Below the pieces are notes generated by a model that saw nothing but the letters and a program-made list of their open reading frames with translations, had not been told where the DNA came from and ran no database searches. A DNA stretch of 64,000 nucleotides from Balanoglossus misakiensis. Its lineage: Eukaryota > Animalia > Hemichordata. Shown here in pieces: positions 55,301 through 64,000 of the stretch. The stretch spans positions 17,377,500-17,441,499 of the forward strand of contig CM082577.2 of the NCBI GenBank assembly GCA_040954595.2. Direction: 5' to 3'. A program made the translations under genes and the position numbers. Position 1 is the first letter of the stretch; each line of letters starts with the position of its first letter.

Positions 55301-58300
55301 CAAATGTCGAGTGTTGACCCGCTGTGACTTTCCCTCTTCGGTTTGCCCGACTTAGCCAACGTCTTTGTACTAGAGTGTCGGGTCTTTTGCAGAGCCAGGC
55401 CGAAGGAAATCCGACTTGATCACCGTTCCTAACGAACGCTAGTGTCTGTCATGGTGTGCCGGGGTTTTAGTCGAGCCAGGCCGTAGGAGATCTGACTTGA
55501 TCATCGTGGTCAATGTACGCGTGTTTCCGCTCTAAAGTGCCGGGGCTTCAGCTAAACCAGGCCGTAGGAAATCCGACGTAATCACCGTTGATAACTTACG
55601 CCAGTCTGTGTCATATAGAGCCGGTGCACCAGCCGAGTCACGCCGTAGGAAATCTGACTTGATCAACGTGGTCAATGTACGCCTGTTTCTGCTCTAGAGT
55701 GCCGGGGCTTCAGCTGAGCCAGGCCGTAGGAAACCCGACGTGATTACCGTTGTTAACTTACGCCAGTCTGTGTCCTATAGTGCCGGGGCATCAGCCGTGC
55801 CAGGCCGAAGGAAATGTGAGTTGATCAACGTGGTCTCTGTACGCGTGTTTCTGCTCTAGAGTGCCTGGGCTTTAGCCAAGCTATGCCGTAGGAAATCTGA
55901 CTTGACCAACGTTGCTACCGAACGCTAGTGTCTGTCATAGTGTGCCGGGGTTTTAGTCGAGCCAAGCCGTAGGAGATCAGACTTGATCAACATGGTCTCT
56001 GCATGCGTGTTTCTGCTCTAGAGTGCCGGGGCTTTATCCAAGCCATGCCGTAGAAAATCTGACTTGATCACCGTTGCTAACGTACGCTAGTGTCTGTCAT
56101 ATTGTGACGGAGATTTAGCCGAGCCAGGCCGTAGAAAAATCGACTTGTTCAACGTTACCAGTGTGCAACTGTTTCTGCTCTAGAGTGTCAGGGTTTAAGC
56201 CGACTTATGCTGTAGGAAATCTGAGTTGATGAACGGGAATTCAATGTTAGAAAACCCGTGTGGAAAGTATCTCTACCCGTTTGAAACTAAGAAAAGAATG
56301 TATTCTTATTTATTTTGTAAAAAAGACAATTTTTCGCAAAAAAGTCGAAATTGGTAATTTTGTCTTGGGTGATTCAAATTATACCGCCTTTTCTGGAATT
56401 TGCAGCACTTTTTACAAGAGAACGACACTTCATGCTCCATAATATTTCTGAAAATGAAGAAAAGAGTTAATTTTTTATGATTTTTTAAAAATTTACCATT
56501 TTTGTCAAAATATGGCCAAAATGGCAATTTTTTCTTGAATTCCGTCAATATCTCTGCATTTTTTGAGTGGTCGAAAGTTTTAACATACAATCAACATGTC
56601 ATATATGATCAGGGCACCAAATTCGAAGAACAAAGGTTTTTTTTATTATTTTTTCTAAAAATTACATTTTCAAGGAAAATTTGTTAAAACGCAATTTTGT
56701 CTGCAGTGAGCCAAATTAGACGGTCTTTTGTGGAATTTGTATCGATATATACATACGAAGAGCATTCTATACTCCATCAGATTTCCGAAAATGTAGAAAA
56801 CAGTTATTTTTTGTAATTTTCAAAAATTTACCATTTTGACCAAATTGTGGCTAAAATTGTTATTTTCGTGTTGAATGCCGCCAGTGTCACTGCTTTTAAA
56901 AGTCATAAAAACTTTGAACATACAAGCAATTATTTATATATGATCAGGTCACCGAATTAAAAAAAATAAAGAATGTTTTGCCTAAAAATGACCTTTTTGG
57001 TGCAAAAACGCAATTTTGTATTAAATCAGCTCATTCAGAGTGCATTTTTTATAATCAGCACCATTTTTACATTTAATGGAAATTTCATACATCATCAGAT
57101 ATCCAAATATGAAAAAATGATTTAGATTTTAGATGATTGTCCAAAATTAGCTGATATGTAATAAATGTAGTATTAAACCGTTCTGTTTCCCCCCCCCCCC
57201 TACATTATATGCGGTACGCCGATGTCAGCTTACCCGGCAGTACTGCAGGCCGTGCCCCCAACTAACGTCGGTGTTTGAAACGCCCTGGTTAAATTCGGGC
57301 TTTCTCTATAAATTGACAGGCAATAATGCAGTCCTACCCGAACAAATGTCGAGTGTTGACCCGCTGTGACTTTCCCTCTTCGGTTTGCCCGACTTAGCCA
57401 ACGTCTTTGTACTAGAGTGTCGGGTCTTTTGCAGAGCCAGGCCGAAGGAAATCCGACTTGATCACCGTTCCTAACGAACGCTAGTGTCTGTCATGGTGTG
57501 CCGGGGTTTTAGTCGAGCCAGGCCGTAGGAGATCTGACTTGATCATCGTGGTCAATGTACGCGTGTTTCCGCTCTAAAGTGCCGGGGCTTCAGCTAAACC
57601 AGGCCGTAGGAAATCCGACGTAATCACCGTTGATAACTTACGCCAGTCTGTGTCATATAGAGCCGGTGCACCAGCCGAGTCACGCCGTAGGAAATCTGAC
57701 TTGATCAACGTGGTCAATGTACGCCTGTTTCTGCTCTAGAGTGCCGGGGCTTCAGCTGAGCCAGGCCGTAGGAAACCCGACGTGATTACCGTTGTTAACT
57801 TACGCCAGTCTGTGTCCTATAGGGCCGGGGCATCAGCCGTGCCAGGCCGAAGGAAATGTGAGTTAATCAACGTGGTCTCTGTACGCGTGTTTCTGCTCTA
57901 GAGTGCCTGGGCTTTAGCCAGGCTATGCCGTAGGAAATCTGACTTGATCAACGTTGCTACCGAACGCTAGTGTCTGTCATAGTGTGCCGGGGTTGTAGTC
58001 GAGCCAAGCCGTAGGAGATCAGACTTGATCAACATGGTCTCTGCACGCGTGTTTCTGCTCTAGAGTGCCGGGGCTTTATCCAAGCCATGCCGTAGAAAAT
58101 CTGACTTGATCACCGTTGCTAACGTACGCTAGTGTCTGTCATATTGTGACGGAGATTTAGCCGAGCCAGGCCGTAGAAAAATCGACTTGTTCAACGTTAC
58201 CAGTGTGCAACTGTTTCTGCTCTAGAGTGTCAGGGTTTAAGCCGACTTATGCTGTAGGAAATCTGAGTTGATGAACGGGAATTCAATGTTAGAAAACCCG

Positions 58301-61300
58301 TGTGGAAAGTATCTCTACCCGTTTGAAACTAAGAAAAGAATGTATTCTTATTTATTTTGTAAAAAAGACAATTTTTCGCAAAAAAGTCGAAAATGGTAAT
58401 TTTGTCTTGGGTGATTCAAATTATACCGCCTTTTCTGGAATTTGCAGCACATTTTACAAGAGAACGACACTTCATGCTCCATAATATTTCTGAAAATGAA
58501 GAAAAGAGTTAATTTTTTATGATTTTTTAAAAATTTACCATTTTTGTCAAAATATGGCCAAAATGGCTATTTTTTCTTGAATTCCGTCAATATCTCTGCA
58601 TTTTTTGAGTGGTCGAAAGTTTTAACCTACAATCAACATGTCATATATGATCAGGGCACCAAATTCGAAGAACAAAGGTTTTTTTTATTATTTTTTCTAA
58701 AAATTACATTTTCAAGGAAAATTTGGTAAAACGCAATTTTGTCTGCAGTGAGCCAAATTAGACGGTCTTTTGTGGAATTTGTATCGATATATACATACGA
58801 AGAGCATTCTATACTCCATCAGATTTCCGAAAATGTAGAAAACAGTTATTTTTTGTAATTTTCAAAAATTTACCATTTTGACCAAATTGTGGCTAAAATT
58901 GTTATTTTCGTGTTGAATGCCGCCAGTGTCACTGCTTTTAAAAGTCATAAAAACTTTGAACATACAAGCAATTATTTATATATGATCAGGTCACCGAATT
59001 AAAAAAATAAAGAATGTTTTGCCTAAAAATGACCTTTTTGGTGCAAAAACGCAATTTTGTATTAAATCAGCTCATTCAGAGTGCATTTTTTATAATCAGC
59101 ACCATTTTTACATATAATGGAAATTTCATACATCATCAGATATCCAAATATGAAAAAATGATTTAGATTTTAGATGATTGTCCAAAATTAGCTGATATGT
59201 AATAAATGTAGTATTAAACCGTTCTGTTTCCCCCCCCCCCCCCTACATTATATGCGGTACGCCGATGTCAGCTTACCCGGTAGTACTGCAGGCCGTGCCC
59301 CCAACTAACGTCGGTGTTTGAAACGCCCTGGTTAAATTCGGGCTTCCTCTATAAATTGACAGGCAATAATGCAGTCCTACCCGAACAAATGTCGAGTGTT
59401 GACCCGCTGTGACTTTCCCTCTTCGGTTTGCCCGACTTAGCCAACGTCTTTGTACTAGAGTGTCGGGTCTTTTGCAGAGCCAGGCCGAAGGAAATCCGAC
59501 TTGATCACCGTTGCTAACGAACGCTAGTGTCTGTCATGGTGTGCCGGGGTTTTAGTCGAGCCAGGCCGTAGGAGATCTGACTTGATCATCGTGGTCAATG
59601 TACGCGTGTTTCCGCTCTAAAGTGCCGGGGCTTCAGCTAAACCAGGCCGTAGGAAATCCGACGTAATCACCGTTGATAACTTACGCCAGTCTGTGTCATA
59701 TAGAGCCGGTGCACCAGCCGAGTCACGCCGTAGGAAATCTGACTTGATCAACGTAGTCAATGTACGCCTGTTTCTGCTCTAGAGTGCCGGGGCTTCAGCT
59801 GAGCCAGGCCGTAGGAAACCCGACGTGATTACAGTTGTTAACTTACGCCAGTCTGTGTCCTATAGTGCCGGGGCATCAGCCGTGCCAGGCCGAAGGAAAT
59901 GTGAGTTAATCAACGTGGTCTCTGTACGCGTGTTTCTGCTCTGGAGTGCCTGGGCTTTAGCCAAGCTATGCCGTAGGAAATCTGACTTGATCAACGTTGC
60001 TACCGAACGCTAGTGTCTGTCATAGTGTGCCGGGGTTTTAGTCGAGCCAAGCCGTAGGAGATCAGACTTGATCAACATGGTCTCTGCACGCGTGTTTCTG
60101 CTCTAGAGTGCCGGGGCTTTATCCAAGCCATGCCGTAGAAAATCTGACTTGATCACCGTTGCTAACGTACGCTAGTGTCTGTCATATTGTGACGGAGATT
60201 TAGCCGAGCCAGGCCGTAGAAAAATCTACTTGTTCAACGTTACCAGTGTGCAACTGTTTCTGCTCTAGAGTGTCAGGGTTTAAGCCGACTTATGCTGTAG
60301 GAAATCTGAGTTGATGAACGGGAATTCAATGTTAGAAAACCCGTGTGGAAAGTATCTCTACCCGTTTGAAACTAAGAAAAGAATGTATTCTTATTTATTT
60401 TGTAAAAAAGACAATTTTTCGCAAAAAAGTCGAAAATGGTAATTTTGTCTTGGGTGATTCAAATTATACCGCCTTTTCTGGAATTTGCAGCACTTTTTAC
60501 AAGAGAACGACACTTCATGCTCCATAATATTTCTGAAAATGAAGAAAAGAGTTAATTTTTTATGATTTTTTAAAAATTTACCATTTTTGTCAAAATATGG
60601 CCAAAATGGCTATTTTTTCTTGAATTCCGTCAATATCTCTGCATTTTTTGAGTGGTCGAAAGTTTTAACATACAATCAACATGTCATATATGATCAGGGC
60701 ACCAAATTCGAAGAACAAAGGTTTTTTTTATTATTTTTTCTAAAAATTACATTTTCAAGGAAAATTTGGTAAAACGCAATTTTGTCTGCAGTGAGCCAAA
60801 TTAGACGGTCTTTTGTGGAATTTGTATCGATATATACATACGAAGAGCATTCTATACTCCATCAGATTTCCGAAAATGTAGAAAACAGTTATTTTTTGTA
60901 ATTTTCAAAAATTTACCATTTTGACCAAATTGTGGCTAAAATTGTTATTTTCGTGTTGAATGCCGCCAGTGTCACTGCTTTTAAAAGTCATAAAAACTTT
61001 GAACATACAAGCAATTATTTATATATGATCAGGTCACCGAATTAAAAAAATAAAGAATGTTTTGCCTAAAAATGACCTTTTTGGTGCAAAAACGCAATTT
61101 TGTATTAAATCAGCTCATTCAGAGTGCATTTTTTATAATCAGCACCATTTTTACATATAATGGAAATTTCATACATCATCAGATATCCAAATATGAAAAA
61201 ATGATTTAGATTTTAGATGATTGTCCAAAATTAGCTGATATGTAATAAATGTAGTATTAAACCGTTCTGTTTCCCCCCCCCCCTACATTATATGCGGTAC

Positions 61301-64000
61301 GCCGATGTCAGCTTACCCGGTAGTACTGCAGGCCGTGCCCCCAACTAACGTCGGTGTTTGAAACGCCCTGGTTAAATTCAGGCTTTCTCTATAAATTGAC
61401 AGGCAATAATGCAGTCCTACCCGAACAAATGTCGAGTGTTGACCCGCTGTGACTTTCCCTCTTCGGTTTGCCCGACTTAGCCAACGTCTTTGTACTAGAG
61501 TGTCGGGTCTTTTGCAGAGCCAGGCCGAAGGAAATCCGACTTGATCACCGTTGCTAACGAACGCTAGTGTCTGTCATGGTGTGCCGGGGTTTTAGTCGAG
61601 CCAGGCCGTAGGAGATCTGACTTGATCATCGTGGTCAATGTACGCGTGTTTCCGCTCTAAAGTGCCGGGGCTTCAGCTAAACCAGGCCGTAGGAAATCCG
61701 ACGTAATCACCGTTGATAACTTACGCCAGTCTGTGTCATATAGAGCCGGTGCACCAGCCGAGTCACGCCGTAGGAAATCTGACTTGATCAACGTAGTCAA
61801 TGTACGCCTGTTTCTGCTCTAGAGTGCCGGGGCTTCAGCTGAGCCAGGCCGTAGGAAACCCGACGTGATTACCGTTGTCAACTTACGCCAGTCTGTGTCC
61901 TATAGTGCCGGGGCATCAGCCGTGCCAGGCCGAAGGAAATATGAGTTAATCAACGTGGTCTCTGTACGCGTGTTTCTGCTCTAGAGTGCCTGGGCTTTAG
62001 CCAAGCTATGCCGTAGGAAATCTGACTTGATCAACGTTGCTACCGAACGCTAGTGTCTGTCATAGTGTGCCGGGGTTTTAGTCGAGCCAAGCCGTAGGAG
62101 ATCAGACTTGATCAACATGGTCTCTGTACGCGTGTTTCTGCTCTAGAGTGCCGGGGCTTTATCCAAGCCATGCCGTAGAAAATCTGACTTGATCACCGTT
62201 GCTAACGTACGCTAGTGTCTGTCATATTGTGACGGAGATTTAGCCGAGCCAGGCCGTAGAAAAATCGACTTGTTCAACGTTACCAGTGTGCAACTGTTTC
62301 TGCTCTAGAGTGTCAGGGTTTAAGCCGACTTATGCTGTAGGAAATCCGAGTTGATGAACGGGAATTCAATGTTAGAAAACCCGTGTGGAAAGTATCTCTA
62401 CCCGTTTGAAACTAAGAAAAGAATTTATTCTTATTTATTTTGTAAAAAAGACAATTTTTCGAAAAAAAGTCGAAAACGGTAATTTTGTCTTGGGTGATTC
62501 AAATTATACCGCCTTTTCTGGAATTTGCAGCACTTTTTACAAGAGAACGACACTTCATGCTCCATAATATTTCTGAAAATGAAGAAAAGAGTTAATTTTT
62601 TATGATTTTTTTAAAAATTTACCATTTTTGTCAAAATATGGCCAAAATGGCTATTTTTTCTTGAATTCTGTCAATATCTCTGCATTTTTTGAGTGGTCGA
62701 AAGTTTTAACATACAACCAACATGTCATATATGATCAGGGCACCAAATTCGAAGAACAAAGTTTTTTGTTTTTTTTCTAAAAATGACATTTTCAAGGAAA
62801 ATTTGGTAAAACGCAATTTTGTCTGCAGTGAGCCAAATTAGACGGTCTTTTGTGGAATTTGTATCGATATATACATACGAAGAGCATTCTATACTCCATC
62901 AGATTTCCGAAAATGTAGAAAATAGTTATTTTTTGTAATTTTCAAAAATTTACCATTTTGACCAAATTGTGGCTAAAATTGTTATTTTCGTGTTGAATGC
63001 CGCCAGTGTCACTGCTTTTAAAAGTCATAAAAACTTTGAACATACAAGCAATTGGTTATATATGATCAGGTCACCGAATTAAAAAAATAAAGAATGTTTT
63101 GCCTAAAAATGACCTTTTTGGTGCAAAAACGAATAAATCGCAATTTTGTATTAAATCAGCTCATTCAGAGTGCATTTTTTATAATCAGCACCATTTTTAC
63201 ATATAATGGAAATTTCATACATCATCAGATATCCAAATATGAAAAAACGATTTAGATTTTAGATGATTGTCCAAAATTAGCTGATATCTAATAAATGTAG
63301 TATTGAACCGTTCTGTTCCCCCCCCCCCTACATTATATGCGGTACGCCGATGTCAGCTTACCCGGCAGTACTGCAGGCCGTGCCCCCAACTAACGTCGGT
63401 GTTTGAAACGCCCTGGTTAAATTCGGACTTTCTCTATAAATTGACAGGCAATAATGCAGTCCTACCCGAACAAATGTCGAGTGTTGACCCGCTGTGACTT
63501 TCCCTCTTCGGTTTGCCCGACTTAGCCAACGTCTTTGTACTAGAGTGTCGGGTCTTTTGCAGAGCCAGGCCAAAGGAAATCCGACTTGATCACCGTTGCT
63601 AACGAACGCTAGTGTCTGTCATGGTGTGCCGGGGTTTTAGTCGAGCCAGGCCGTAGGAGATCTGACTTGATCATCGTGGTCAATGTACGCGTGTTTCCGC
63701 TCTAAAGTGCCGGGGCTTCAGCTAAACCAGGCCGTAGGAAATCCGACGTAATCACCGTTGATAACTTACGCCAGTCTGTGTCATATAGAGCCGGTGCACC
63801 AGCCGAGTCACGCCGTAGGAAATCTGACTTGATCAACGTAGTCAATGTACGCCTGTTTCTGCTCTAGAGTGCCGGGGCTTCAGCTGAGCCAGGCCGTAGG
63901 AAACCCGACGTGATTACCGTTGTCAACTTACGCCAGTCTGTGTCCTATAGTGCCGGGGCATCAGCCGTGCCAGGCCGAAGGAAATATGAGTTAATCAACG
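49335..64000 (-). repeat. Same macrosatellite in inverted orientation, about 7 copies, running off the right edge
   Basis: From 49335 the sequence (CGGGGTTTTAGTCGAGCCAGG...) is the reverse complement of monomer 10 and proceeds backwards through the unit. Poly-G becomes poly-C (51062, 53106, ...). ORF-track peptides switch strand (50100, 52178 ... 62385). Confidence 0.99.

Noticed and set aside
49290-64000. Inversion as a read fold-back artefact
   Set aside because: The inverted arm does not mirror the adjacent sequence, has its own variants and includes a templated insert. This is disfavoured but not excluded without reads.

Overview
The whole 64 kb window is one composite tandem macrosatellite, probably eukaryotic, though the organism cannot be determined from the sequence. 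There are about 31 copies of a ~2,040-bp unit: 24 full copies plus a partial one in the + orientation (1-49292), then about 7 inverted copies (49335-64000). Each unit has three modules: (i) a GC-rich block of 11 diverged 81-bp monomers alternating A/B (162-bp dimers); (ii) a ~230-bp single-copy module with nested inverted repeats, a degenerate tRNA-like box A/box B arrangement and a variable G9-15 run; (iii) an AT-rich ~930-bp block of diverged ~167-bp monomers organised as ~335-bp dimers. The orientation switch carries a 46-bp templated insertion copied from about 300 bp upstream. Shared variants reveal homogenised blocks, 2-unit and 7-unit duplications, and monomer-phased indels. No credible protein-coding gene, CRISPR array or intact RNA gene is visible, and all listed ORFs appear to be chance products of the repeat.
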